Below are positions 12,677 to 27,317 of a DNA stretch of 64,000 nucleotides, in pieces; the stretch's first letter is position 1; each line of letters opens with the position of its first letter. A program made the position numbers and the translations under genes. The stretch is from Octopus vulgaris. Taxonomy: Eukaryota. Location of the stretch: contig OX597818.1 of NCBI GenBank assembly GCA_951406725.2, positions 121,458,001 through 121,522,000 of the forward strand, written 5' to 3'. A model generated the notes under the pieces. It worked only from the letters and a program-made list of their open reading frames with translations, was not told the DNA's origin and searched no databases.

Positions 12677-13368
12677 TATCTATATATGGGTGTGTCAGAT
12701 TGATTTGAGTTCTGGTAATATGTAATCTAGTGCAACCTGTTATACTGTCGGCTCAAAGGTGATTAAAGCGATACCCGCCACTAGACTTGCTTGCTGAGGA
12801 AGGTTGCTAGAATGCCGCAGAACAAAAAACATGACCTATGAAAAGAACTGATAAACCCAGTCTTGTGTCAACGACTCTAATGATAAATATTAACAGAACA
12901 GGCGTAAACCTGTTCAAAAATCTAAACCATGACAGGTCATGTGAAGTGTCACATCGTGGTTCGCTTAGGCGTGTCTTGTTCTGAATTTTTAGACAAACTT
13001 CGGCAAGAGCAAGTTGAGATATGATGCGGACTTTGACGGTACAGGAGAACAGAATCAATACGTCTGGGTTTTATATATCGCTAATTTTTGTAGTATGACA
13101 CCATTTTGTCTGGCACTTGGAATATTGTGGACCAGATCAAGAAGAAAAGAGCATGAGGTGGGTTTTACAGCATGTTACTCCACTCAACAAAAACACTTTG
13201 CCTATGTTGTTCTGCAACAACGCTTCTTTTCTTCTCTCTTTTTTAAATTTTTTTCGTACAGAGCACTCATGTATCGTTTTTGACAATATGGTACACGCAC
13301 ACTCACAGACACAAACACAAACACACACTCAGACACATGCACATATATGTGCGTATGTATTTATAAGG

Positions 13369-13369
<1 letters not shown>

Positions 13370-13426
<57 letters not shown>

Positions 13427-13448
13427 ATATATATACATGTATATATAT

Positions 13449-13480
<32 letters not shown>

Positions 13481-13483
13481 ACA

Positions 13484-13540
<57 letters not shown>

Positions 13541-13690
13541 ATATATATACATGTATATATATATACATGTATATATATATATATATACATGCATATATAT
13601 ATATATATACATGCATATATATATATATATATACATGCATATATATATATATATATATATATATGCATATATATATATATATATACATGC

Positions 13691-13781
<91 letters not shown>

Positions 13782-13792
13782 ATATATATATA
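13370..13792. repeat. (TA)n microsatellite with interspersed CATG units
   Basis: Direct inspection. Confidence 0.97.
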
Positions 13793-14299
13793 CAAAATTT
13801 AAAGGACTGACCACTAAAAGTGGACGGGGTCAACATGCTAGATATAGACGTCAAATCGCTATTTTCCACGAAGAATGTGTTCTCAAATAAAAACTCAACA
13901 CAAACCAAAGCGTAAAAAAATAAGCAAGACAAATGAAAATACATACGTGTACGTGAGTGCGTGTATAAAATGTTTAAGGAAGGCTAATAATGAGGTTAAA
14001 GACACTCTCAAATATGAAACCTCGACAGAGTTCGACGTCGAGAATAATAGTGTGTGTTACATTAAATTAGATACAAATGATTCGTTACAGATCACCATAT
14101 GTTTCGTTCTGTATGACCTTACCAAACAAAATGCATTTTATTTCACCTTCTGAATTTTTAGTTTATAATGAGATGAAAGTTTTGAAAGCGTTGGGTTTTT
14201 TTTAATCTATATAATGTAAGACGCAATTTTATATCATACTGAAATTTGTGAGGAGATTATCAAGGGTAGAAAAAGAATGACTAGTTTGAGAAGGGCACT

Positions 14300-14858
<559 letters not shown>

Positions 14859-15149
14859 TCCAGAAATCTATGAATAGTTTAGAGATGATAACTAATTCGT
14901 AATATAAACAGAAAAACAGCGAGTGGACCCAAATTACATTGGATTATAGTAATTAAGAAAATAGAAAAAGTTATTAATTCAGTGATAAGTATTTATAATT
15001 AGAAGTTCAACAATTGTCTTGAAGGAAGCTAGCTAGCGAGGAAAACTAATTTTCTAGAAGAAAGAAACTTCAAGGAAAAGATGCTTCATAATTTAGTACA
15101 CATCGCCAGTGTATTAACCAGATGTGTACAGAAAAAAGGGAGAAAGGAG

Positions 15150-15390
15150 AGGACTTGACTAGACAGCTTTCACCCGGGGTGGGTTGAGCTGGCTTCATTC
15201 ATCCTCAATGCTGCATCTCTCACAAACGCCGACCATGCCTGGCGATTTGAGGCTAACGACCGCGTGATCTCCAACCACTCCTTATTCAAGCGGCGAACGC
15301 TTTAGATATGGGGGCCTAGGTTGGGTTCCAGATCAGCCTTGACTGTCATCAGCCAGGTTTTTCGTTGTCCACCACATCGCTTTCGCTAAC
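15150..15390 (-). pseudogene. RTE-type LINE ORF C-terminal fragment
   Basis: rc translates RKRCGGQRKTWLMTVKADLEP...LASNRQAWSAFVRDA. Confidence 0.7.
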
Positions 15391-15489
15391 CCTGAAGGGG
15401 GGGGGCTGAGGCAATTGCCCCAGGACACAGAAATACAAAGAAAGAAGCACTAAACTGTAAGTGGGACATAAAGATGATGATAATCTTTT

Positions 15490-15812
15490 TATCATAGGAA
15501 TATTAGAGAAGGGACCACTCAGGTTGTGTCGACCCCAGTTCTTGACTACTTATTTTATCGACATCGAAAGAACAAAAGGCCAAATCGACCTCGGCGGAAT
15601 TAAACTCAGAACGTAAAGATTCTGCCAGTTCGCTAAAGAGTCTGCCAGCTCACCGCCTTAATAATAAAGGTTTCAAATTTTGGCACAAGGCCAGTAGTAT
15701 CGGGGGTTGGGGAGGGAAGTTGATTACATCAATCTCTGTGCACAACTGATACTTATTTTTACCGAAACACGAATAGTTGACAGGCAAAAATCAACCTCGA
15801 CAGAATTTTGAA
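15490..15812 (-). mobile_element. Two adjacent degenerate SINE family A copies
   Basis: Two core matches (ttttatcgac..gaaag..aaaggc..tcgacctcggcggaat) with tail2. Confidence 0.75.
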
Positions 15813-15845
15813 CTCTCTTTGTCTTTCTGTCTCTCTCTATCTCTG

Positions 15846-15895
<50 letters not shown>

Positions 15896-16223
15896 ACACA
15901 TATATATACAGATGAAACGAAAATGTGCTAGGAGAAGTAACTCAGGACAGCATGTACCTGAAGAAGATGAATAAGCTTATATCAAATAACATACAAGAAC
16001 ACATACACACGTGCACATAAGCATACTGTACGTATTATGCGCGCGCACGTGTCTGTCTGTCTGTCTGTGTGTCTGTGTGTGTGAAGGCGCATAGCCAAGT
16101 GGCTAAGGATCTGGACTTACGATCGCGAGATCGTGGTTTCAATTTCAAGACCGGGTGGTGCATTGTGTTCTTGAGCAAAACACTACATCTTTTGATGAGC
16201 AAAACACATTATTATTATTATTA

Positions 16224-16280
<57 letters not shown>

Positions 16281-16639
16281 TTGAAAGCTCCGACAAAGTA
16301 TTACTACTCTCAAAAGACCGCCATCTATTTGTCTATAAAATAGATATTTGGGGACAGTACAGGTGAATATCGTAAGGGGCTGGAGCAGTGAATTACTGAC
16401 GACTGTTTCGTTAAGATTCCAGCACTGATGTCAAATTCACTCCCCTGTGTGCGTGTGCGTGCGCGCGTGTATGTGTGTGCGTTTGTGTGTGTGTGTGTGT
16501 GTGCGCGCGCGCGCTTTTGAGTCGGGAGGGGGTGAGGCTCGGTTTAACACATGCATTATACCCCGTATCAGTGTCACAAAAGCATTAATTTAAAGGGTTC
16601 AAATTTTCTACAGTTGAATAGATTTTGATTAAAGTAAAT

Positions 16640-16982
16640 GCTGAGACCCCCTTCGGTCATGACTGACCATAGGATTGCACCTAGACAGTTACCCTCCCAG
16701 GCACAAGTCCGGTCAATGTTGTTTATGGAAGACCAGTAGTCTCCCATGCATACCCGTTTTCCCCTCTCCACGCCACCAATGTTATCCAAGGAAAAGGCAA
16801 AGGGGCCGATACAGCTTGGTACCTGTGACGTCGCAACTCATTTCTACATCTGAGTGAACTGGAGCCACGTGAAATAAAGTGTCTTGCTCAAGAACACAAC
16901 ACGCAGCGCAGTCCGGGCTTCGAGCTCACAACCTCACGATCGTAAGCTCGACGCTCTAACCACTGAGCCATGCGCCTTCACA
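16640..16982 (-). mobile_element. tRNA-derived SINE (family B-type head and core, distinct tail)
   Basis: rc head tgaaggcgcatggctcagtggttagagcgtcg..gagctcgaagcccgg, then tgtgttcttgagcaagacactttatttcacg. Confidence 0.85.
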
Positions 16983-17427
16983 AAGTAGATACATTGAAGT
17001 CATCAAACATAAAAAGCAAAACTGATGGATTGCTTTCGTCGGAGAGTTTCATATCTCTGAATTTTAGAATTTTGTAAAATATTGTAAAAACAACAATGCA
17101 AAATATCGAAGGAAAATAATATAAAAAAATATGCTGCATTACAATTAGGTAAGTTTTCTCTTGACTTTGTTAGATTTATGTATTTGTTTTGCAAGATTCC
17201 TGATGTGAAATTGAGTCTTGAAACAAATATTGTTATATTTCGGGACGGTAATTTTATTTTATTTTTTTGCCGAATAAACACACGCACGTTATGTTCTTAC
17301 TTCAGATCTATTATTGTTATTTTCGTGTTCTTTGCCTAAAATCTTTCGTCACCCATCTCTTGTGACGACATCTTCAGCGACTCTTCACCGCGCAGACTAA
17401 ACAGAACAGGAGGCACGGGGGATATGG

Positions 17428-17471
17428 AGTTGCTGAAGAGGTCACTGGATGTGTGACGAAAGATTTCAGAC
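17428..17471 (+). ncRNA. Minimal hammerhead motif; inverted degenerate twin at 17340-17384 (-)
   Basis: ttg-CTGAAGA-g-gtcac tggatgt gtgac-GAAA-gattt-cag. Confidence 0.55.
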
Positions 17472-17635
17472 AAAGGACACGAAAATGGAAACAGTAATAA
17501 AGCTGAAATGAAGAATATAGCGAGCGTGTGTTTAGTTGGCAAAAACCCCAAACAAACAAAAACATCTCAACTTTGTTTTTAGATTTACTTTCATTGCAGT
17601 AAGGAGACCTATTTCAGTTGTCATCTCTTTCTTTC

Positions 17636-17737
<102 letters not shown>

Positions 17738-17745
17738 ACACACAC

Positions 17746-17809
<64 letters not shown>

Positions 17810-18115
17810 GGGTTAATTGCAACAAGTTGCTCAAAAGCACATACCGAAAATATTAGAAATAGCAGCCAAAATTGATCACTATTTCCTGTACTAATAAAAA
17901 GTCTCCACAAACAAACAGAATTTGTAAGCTGTATATGGCAAAAAAGGCAGAAAATAACGAAATCCCAGCCTATATATATATATACAGAAACAGTCGTCAG
18001 TAATTCACTGCTCCAGCCTCTTACGATATTCACCTGTACTGTCCCCAAATATCTATTTTATAGACAAATAGACGGCAGTCTTTTGAGAGTTGTAATACTT
18101 TGTCGGACCTTTCAA

Positions 18116-18179
<64 letters not shown>

Positions 18180-18841
18180 TGCAACAATTCAGTGCAGTAA
18201 TATTCTAACAAAAATTTCCTGAAAGATAAGTCATCAAGTGCAAACTGAATAAAGTCACGCTTGCACTTGATGACTTCTGTTGACTGACCTATGTATGGGT
18301 AAGATACAGTAAAGGGATAGTCATGGTAAACAAACAAACAAACAAACAAACAAAAACATGTTTGTTTAATTTCTTGTCAAAATAGTTATAAATATTTAAA
18401 TGTAATAATAAATTGCACCAAATGTCACAGAAATTTCATCTGACTATAATATAATTCACGATTATAAAAATAGATTGAACAGAAAAAAAATAATGTTTAA
18501 AATGCAAAAAAGTAGAATTCCACTGTGTCAGAGAGGATATATTTCCTTCACTTTCTTATTATGCGTAAAAGCATTACCATTTAGTTCAGAATTGTCTGCT
18601 GCGCAACCACATTATTCCAGGTTCGATCTGAAGGCGCGGTACTTTGAGCAGATGTCTTAGCGCATGCGCGTGTGTGTAAGTATATATATATATAGATGAG
18701 AAGGTTGGTTTGTGGTCATTTCTTCTAAACTATGTCATTGTAAGAAAAAAATTGATAACATTCTTCAGACATATTGACTCAAATATATATTTTTTAACCT
18801 TTTAAAACAAGCCTTCTGTAGTTTTTTCACTTTTTACTATT

Positions 18842-18911
<70 letters not shown>

Positions 18912-20372
18912 CTGATAAGAGTAGATATTATATCTTGATCTTAGTCATAACTGATAGCGAAATATTTAGATGAACATTTATTTAACAAAAGAAAAATTCA
19001 AATGCCACGACAAATTTGTTTCGTTACTCAAAAACACGCAAAGAGGTTATATTATCGTATTTAATAATAAAGGAATTACTTAAACATCTGCATTATTGCA
19101 AAATGCAAAAGAAAAAATTCAAGCAAAATAATGCAGAATTTGAGCTTCGTAGTCAGATGAAAGAAAGTATTTCATTAAAAACAAATATTCTACGTAACGG
19201 TTTACCACCTGATGATCAGAACGAGTAAGTCTAAGTGCTGTAAATAGGAGTTTTTCATTTATAATGTATTAAAGAACACTCTACATTGGCTTTTGTAATT
19301 TATCGCTTCCAAACCTCGACCCTAAACCCCAAATCTAACCTTAAATCTTATACTCTAAACTCTAATCATAATCCTAAACCCCAACTCCAATTCTAAACTG
19401 AAATTTGTTTGTTTTGTAATATTTCGCAAAAATTTCGTCGAGGATTTTATCTCTTTCAAATTATTTACAAGTCTGTTCCACCGTTTCACATGATTTTATT
19501 CATTAAAACGTATTAAACTTCAAAACGTCTTACGACTTTCATCGTCTAATCTTTTACTTTCATTTTGTTTAATAAAAATTCGTCATCGTAATGTTTTTTT
19601 AAATTTCATTTTGTGACAGACAGTTATCAGGCAGAAAATGCCAACTTCCAAATCCTATTTGCTGATTGAGTGAAAATTATCAACCATTTTTCTAGCTTTT
19701 TTGTCTGGAACAAGTGATTAACAAAATTAGATTCAGCGTGAAAAATTACAGTAATATACCAAATTATATATAATATGTATATATTGTTTCGAATTTGTGT
19801 GAATGTATATAGAATAATATTTCAGTTGAATAAAGTTATAACATAGTCTGGCTTTCACATTTTTTATTATGGCATTTTAGGTATTCTAAAATTTCAGCCG
19901 GTTGGAGCGTTTTAAGAGGTACCAAAGTTGACAAGAACTCTACTGTCAGTTAAACACATTTGAAATCTGATGAATACAGTATGTATGAAAGCGCTAATTT
20001 CGTTAAAATACCATAATAAAAAACGTGAAAACCAGACCATGTTTTAACTTTATTCAACCAATATATATATATGTATATATAAGAATTTTTTGCGTAATGA
20101 GATAAAAAAACCAAATGATATAAACGAATGATATATATATATATATATATAAGTAATGAGATAAAAATCCAAAACGTAATGGTATAAAAAAAACCTTGGT
20201 TTTTTTATCTCATTACGCAACAGATTCTTATATACACACGCTGACATAGAACCAACGTTGAACCCCTTATTCGCAAAATTATCGAATCTGGAACTTAACT
20301 ATGTTCTGTCTATAGCACTTATTCAGCATTACCTGACACCTTTGGGTCTCAATGGCACCATTATCTCTCTCT

Positions 20373-20442
<70 letters not shown>

Positions 20443-20576
20443 TTAGCAAATCATAAATCCGTAACAGAAGCATAGAGCAGTAGAAGGATTATATAATGAT
20501 AAAGATAGTTATAGCTGGTCTGTGGGGTTACCCAAAGTTTCACGTCCTTAAAGCTACCATAGGCCACCGGATATTA

Positions 20577-20635
20577 GAGTCTGAAGAAACTCCGTAAAGC
20601 CAGGCGCCTTATACAGGTGAAACCCTGGGTAACTC
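20577..20635 (+). ncRNA. Type-I hammerhead motif
   Basis: gagt-CTGAAGA-a..ggt-GAAA-ccctggg-TA-actc; helix I gagt/actc, helix III ACC/GGT, GUA site; helix II weak. Confidence 0.55.
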
Positions 20636-20994
20636 CACAAACCGGCCATAACTATGTTTATCTATAACAAACCGGCCATAACTATTATATATCTATACAC
20701 ACATACAAGCGTATCTATTTCTATGTTTGTGTATGTATATACATGTTTTGTTTGTATTTTGATCGATCTATCTCTATTCGGGTGATTTATATCTCTTCCG
20801 CAGTGTATTAATCCGTGACAACCATTTTCGTTGGTTGTTGTTTAAAGGTCTTGCCCTAAAATGTAGAACCGCCACGATCTCTAGATAAGACAGCTGGTGA
20901 GGGGAATTTTTCATTTGCTTTCTCCGTTGTGTACCCTGGAGCCTAGTTTCTTTCGTTATGATATCGACCAATGTCTTCTTACACGCAACCACAT

Positions 20995-21590
<596 letters not shown>

Positions 21591-21775
21591 CCACTATCTG
21601 GCATATACAGGTGCTTACCCTTATCAAGTATTAACCCTAGATTTACAGTACCCACTATATATATACGCACATATATATTATACATATGTGTGTACCTGTA
21701 TCAGTGTGTGTGCATGCAAATAAATATATATATATATATATACCTGCAAACACACACGCACACTCATGATTGAGC

Positions 21776-21806
<31 letters not shown>

Positions 21807-22773
21807 CGATTGTGTGTGTGTGTGTGTGTGTGTGATGTATGTAGGGTTAATTTGCTGGTTTTTTTTTGTTGTTGCTTTTGTCAGCAGAAGCAAAAAGACT
21901 GAATAACAAGCAGTTGACAACTTCGTGACCTCTACAAGTAGAAAGGTCATGACTTGTTGGCTTCAGTTAACAATCGAACCCGGATCGCAGACTGAATTTA
22001 CGAGAGCGTGCCTCATAACATTCTCTACAATCCTTAACATGAGAAAAATAATATACTCACCTTCACATAGGCCAATATACACTGACAGAAACAGAAAAAA
22101 GAGATGGGAATAGAGATCAGAGCAACAGAACAAGAGTTAACATCAGTATTACTAAACTGAAAACAGATGTGGTATTTTTTACTTTGTTCTTGAGTTCCGC
22201 ATTTTTTGCGCATGCACCTTTGCATTGATTACATCAGGTCTTGTAGTTGTTTTTGTTAGTGGAGAACGCATTAAAAACTTCTCTCGGGATGCAGGTTTTA
22301 CTTATTTGTGCAACGCGAGACTTTAGTGTTTTGAATCAATTACAAAGTAAGGGTGTTGAATAAATGTAAAAATCTAGGTGATATATGAGCCAGCAGCATA
22401 CAGTGCTATCATCTGTATGTATTCATATTATATCAACAATGTATTATACAGCTGTACACCCAATGTGTTTTTCTGCTATTTTATTAAGACTACATACATA
22501 CATTCATACATACGCACGTAAGTACGTATACATGTATGTATGTATAAAGAGAAACGAGCTGTTTTTCGGACAAAATTGAAAGTAGATCACAACAGAATTT
22601 CCTGTTTAGAGAATTTTTTGTTTTTTCTCGGAGAAATAAATGTTTTTATTCCTGTACAGCTTTTACAGTTTCCCCTATTATGCAAATTATGTATATATTT
22701 CTTTAAGGTTTATTGTTTTCCTTTGCAGAATTCAAGCCAAATGTATGTATGTATGTATGTATGTATGTATGTA

Positions 22774-22832
<59 letters not shown>

Positions 22833-22858
22833 ATGTATGCCTATGTGCATGTGATATC

Positions 22859-23222
22859 TATTACCTCTGCCTTCGCTAAGGCTGAGGTATTGTTTTCAGT
22901 CGTGTTTGTTTGTTTGTTTGTTTGCCCGTGGACAAGATATCTCAGTGTGGCCTCGTGACTGACACGAACCGATTAGATTTTGGAATCAATCCGGTACCAG
23001 ACAAGGATTCTGGATTATTTGCCCGTTTTTTTTTTTTTGTTTTTTTTTTTGTTTTTTTTTTACTAAATTTTTGAGAGCGGTCGGGTTCATATTTAGTATT
23101 CTTGTTTGTGAGAGCAGTTGAGTTTATTTCAGATATTCTCGTTTTAAAAATCATCTCTGGCTAATCGTTGAGAGGACGTTAGTGTTGCCTTGGCAGAGGT
23201 TTGCGCTCTCAGAGTACTCTTC
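22859..23222 (+). mobile_element. Non-autonomous Helentron, copy 2 (internal deletion)
   Basis: Colinear with 7765-8144. Confidence 0.78.
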
Positions 23223-23329
23223 TTTAAGTTCTTTTTCGCAGAATTGAACCTAGCCTCTAAAACCTTACAAGAGTTCTTTGAATTGAAGACAGTTCTAGGG
23301 ATTTGTGCGTATATGAGTGAGTTTGCCTG

Positions 23330-23940
23330 TGCATATATGTATGTTTTATGTATGTATGCTCATGTATGCATTCTCATGCATATAGTTGCTTATCTAGGCT
23401 TGCTCATATATATATCAAAATGATAAACTTCTGGAAAGTTTTACAGATTTCTACAGCTCCAGTGATGGATTGGATCTGTAGTCTTCGAATTAGCTTTCTC
23501 CTTTCTGGTGTTGAGAAGCCTAATTTCTCAAGATTGGTATTTAGGCAGTGTGTTACATATCCCAGGGCCCCAATAATTACGGTTATAAACCTGAACTTAT
23601 AATCTGGATAGAGTAACTGCAGATTTCTCAATAGTTCAGCACAGGTGTTCTCTTTTTTACTGATATTTAGCTTTGTGTTAACATCCGCTAGGCAGCTAAT
23701 TTCCACAACTGTGCACAGTTTCTCTGCTTTATCCCAGTTCATTATATCAGGTCTGTTGTGCTTATATTTTATTGAGGTCTTCACTGGTACGTTACACCAG
23801 TATTCCTTTTTATTATGTGTGGCTATGGCTTCTACCATATTGTGGGTTCTTATTTCTTTGTCCTCGGAATTATCCAACCGACGGATTTCATTATAGAGTG
23901 TCCTAGCTACAACGTCATGTCTCATTGGTAGATAATACCA
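23330..23940 (-). pseudogene. R4/Dong-type non-LTR retrotransposon 3' end (restriction-like endonuclease domain plus 3' UTR)
   Basis: ORF 23404-23925: RHDVVAR..KHNRPDIM.WDK..VVEISC..KEN..AEL..VIIGALG, the RHD/PD-(D/E)xK/GALG motifs of RLE LINEs. Confidence 0.85.
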
Positions 23941-24489
23941 TGATGAAATTTTGGGACAACAGCAAAGTGGAAGGTAGTAATTCAGCTATAATAAACTGCT
24001 TTGATGATCGAATTTATTATGTTACTATCATCACGGAGCTTTCTACTAACATATCCATTGTATGTACGACTATGCTATTGTACATGTTCTTTGTCTATAT
24101 CCTTAACTTCTTGGAGGTTTTAGGTATACTTATACTAATGTGTCCATCTGTTCTAATTTAATTAAATTCTATGTCTTTGTGCAGTTGAAGATGGCTCTAC
24201 ATTTTAAATTGATGTCATGATTGCATTGTTCAATTAAATGGAGTTGCATGAAACGACTGTACTGCATTACCTCTGGATATCTTAGCTGCTTATTTTGATT
24301 TTAATCACCTTATTTTGAAATTGTATGAATAATACTGTACTAAATTCTGGTGCCTCAACTTAAGTACCTTATTCATCTGAATCTAAAAAAAGTTCATTGT
24401 ATGTATGTATGTATGTATGTATGTATGTATGTATGTATGTATGTATGTATGTATGTGTGTATGTATGTATATATGTATGTGCAGATTTG

Positions 24490-24742
24490 TATGTTTTATA
24501 TATGTATTCTCATGCATATAATTACATATCTAAACTTGCTCATATATATTTAAATGATAAACTTTTGGAAAGTTTTAGCGATTTTTACAGTTCTAGTGAT
24601 GGACTGGATCTTTAGTCCTCGAATTAGCTTTCTCCTTTCTGGTTTTTAGAAACCTAATTTCTCAAGATTGGAATTTAGGCAGTGTGTTACATATCCCAGG
24701 GCTCCAGTAATTACAGGTATAATCCTGAACTTGTAATCTGGA
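24490..24742 (-). pseudogene. Second, shorter 3' fragment of the same RLE LINE
   Basis: YPDYKFRIIPVITGALGYVTHCLNSNLEKLGF; colinear with 23360-23610; abuts (TATG)n. Confidence 0.85.
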
Positions 24743-25138
24743 TATATATATATATGTATGTTTGTGTGTATGTATGTATGTCGGTAAACAGTATACACAT
24801 AGGCGGGAAAACTGGAAAAAATTCCATTCAGTGGCTTTGATACACTCGAGTTGCACAAACGCCCATTACCACTCGCGCCATTTGTAAATGCTGTAAACCA
24901 GTGCTTGACCCACTGGACACATATAACCAACAATTATTCACAAAATACGGTCAAAATTGATAGTAAATGAGATAGTTGTGACAGGAAATCTGTAACTGTA
25001 GTTGTATCAAATGGAGCGATAAATCACGACATCAATGTAACAAGAGAAACTATTTGTAACGCTTGGTTGTGTAAAGCTCTTTCCTGAAATCTTCACCAAG
25101 ACTATACTTACCTTTTTACGTGTCTGCCAGCTCGCCAA

Positions 25139-25632
25139 GGCGGCGATCTGGCAGAAACGTTAGCGCGCCGGGCGAAATGCTTAGAGGTATTTCGTCTGTC
25201 GTTACGTTCTGAGTTCAAATTCCGCCGATGTCGACTTTGCCTTTCATCCTTTTGTGGTCGATAAATAAAGTACCAGTTACGCACTGGAGTCGATGTATTC
25301 GACTTAACCTCTTTGTCTGTCCTTGTTTGTTCCCTTGTGAAAGGTAAGAGAGTCCAGTTTGCTGGACATTGTTGTAGAGCTGCAAAAAGAGGTAATTTCT
25401 ACTCTTCTCCTCTGGAAGCCATCTACTCGCAATACCAGAGGGCGCACACTCTCCTACCCTGATGTAATCTCCAGGGATACAGGCATCCAGCAACAGGACC
25501 TCCGTAATGCCATGATGGACCGTGAAGTCTGGCGTAGCATGGTAAATTCCATTGTCTCGACCACGGTCGAACAATGATGATAATGATGATTGTTCCCTCT
25601 ATGTTTAGCCCCTTGTGGGCAATAAAGAAATA
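25139..25632 (+). mobile_element. SINE family A interrupted by an RTE insert
   Basis: Full head, core and tail; tail split at 25335/25590. Confidence 0.9.
25336..25589 (+). mobile_element. 5'-truncated RTE LINE 3' end with (TGA)n tail and 9-bp TSD
   Basis: RVQFAGHCCRA / LLLWKP..RGRTLSYPDVISRDTG..AMMDREVWRSMV; TSD ttgttccct at 25327-25335 and 25590-25598. Confidence 0.88.
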
Positions 25633-25736
25633 TATACTTACCTTTTTACGTATCTTTTACTTCTTTCTCTCGTTGAAGTATGGCCTTGCTATAGCACCGC
25701 CTTGAAGGCTTTAAGACACATAAAGAAGCCAATATC

Positions 25737-26158
25737 TATTTCTTTACTACCAACAAGTGGCTAAACACAGAGGGGACAAACAAGGGCAGACAAACGGATT
25801 AAGTCGATTATATCGACCCCAATGCGTAACTGGTACTTATTTAATCGACCCCAAAAGGATGAAAGGCAAAGTCGACCTCGGTGGAATTTGAACTCAGATA
25901 TAATCGACTTAATCCGTTTGTCTGTCTTGGTTTGTCCCCTCTGTGTTTAGCCCCTTGTGGGTAGTAAAGAAACAGGTATTTCATCTGTCTTTATGTTCTG
26001 AGTTCAAATTCCGCCGAGGTTGACTTAGCCCTTCATCCCTTCGGGGTCGATAAATTAGGTACCAGTTACGCACTGGGGTCGATGTAATCGACTTAATCCG
26101 TTTGTCTGTCCCTGTTTGTTCCCTTTATGTTTAGCCCCTTGTGGGCAATAAAGAAATA
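25737..26158. mobile_element. SINE family A, inverted minus part joined to a plus dimer fragment
   Basis: Minus copy 25737-25897 directly abuts plus copy 25898-26158. Confidence 0.85.
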
Positions 26159-27317
26159 AGAACATGACGCTTATTTATCTTTTTATAGCAACAGCTATCT
26201 CGTATGTCTCTTTCTTCGCCATATTACAATATTTCTCTATTGAAAAGAATTTTATAGACCGAAAAAAATAATCTACAAACCTACCACTATGATTAAGAGT
26301 GGTCTCGATTGCGGCCACAGAGACGTCTGTTTCGACTATAAATGGCTTCAGTTCGTCTACTATAGCTTTGACAGACGTCGTAATAGCTGTTTTTAAATGA
26401 TTGATTATACTTTCAGCTTCCTCTGAGAGCGGAAATGGAGCAATGAATAGAGATCTTATATTTCCAGAGAAGTGAAGAACCCACCGGGAATAACAAGCAA
26501 ACGAACCCGGATTATAAGATAAGGATTGCTACTTAGTAGGAATAGGCATTTCTTTGGGTGTGATTAAAGGTTACTAGTCAAAACTTAATTCGTTGTTTAA
26601 TTTGATAACCTAGAATACAGTTGAACATTTGCCATTGTCGTTTACGAACAAGTTTTATTAATTTAGATAAATTTTTGCCATGTTCTTCTTAGGTCTATTC
26701 ACGTGCGGTGACGTGACTTCCATCTCGTTTACTTGAATATGATGGCGTATAATTCATCAGAAACACGCTACTCCGTTTGTAAGACCGAAACTAAGACGTT
26801 TGAGTCGAAGCAATTGATCGTCTGCTTTGAATGCTATAACTCGTTCATCAAAACAAAAAAGTAGTACTACATGCTACATAAGTCAACAGTACTAAATACT
26901 TAAAAGGAAACTATTTTGTTAAGTAATCTAGGCTAGACAGCAATTACGTAAATGTAGTATTAGTTTCGAGTAGTCGTCTACAAAAAATTTCCATTTGTTG
27001 TTGTCGTTGTTGTTGTTGTTGTGCACACCAGGGTTAACTTATTTAGCCCTTTCTTGTCTTCTTTGAAAATATCATTCCATCGAAAAAAGAACATATCGAA
27101 TTTATAAAAAAAACTTATGGGATTCTGTAGTTAGATTTAATACCTGACGATAGATCAAAGAATATTCTTAGTAGATCGATTTTTAGTGGGGACAGACAAC
27201 AAACCTCCAAGTCCAGATGAAGGCCGCCAAATTCAATTTTAACAGACGAATGTTTGCACAAAAAATTTAAATACAAAGAATAACATTTGTACAACAATCA
27301 GATTAAATGGAGAAACA

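Noticed and set aside
13080-13260. [13 protein letters not shown]..-like peptide before a microsatellite
   Set aside because: No recognised family and no supported splice structure
19300-19400. Degenerate ccctaa/ctaaac repeats
   Set aside because: Too degenerate for a telomere; probably an internal part of an old transposon
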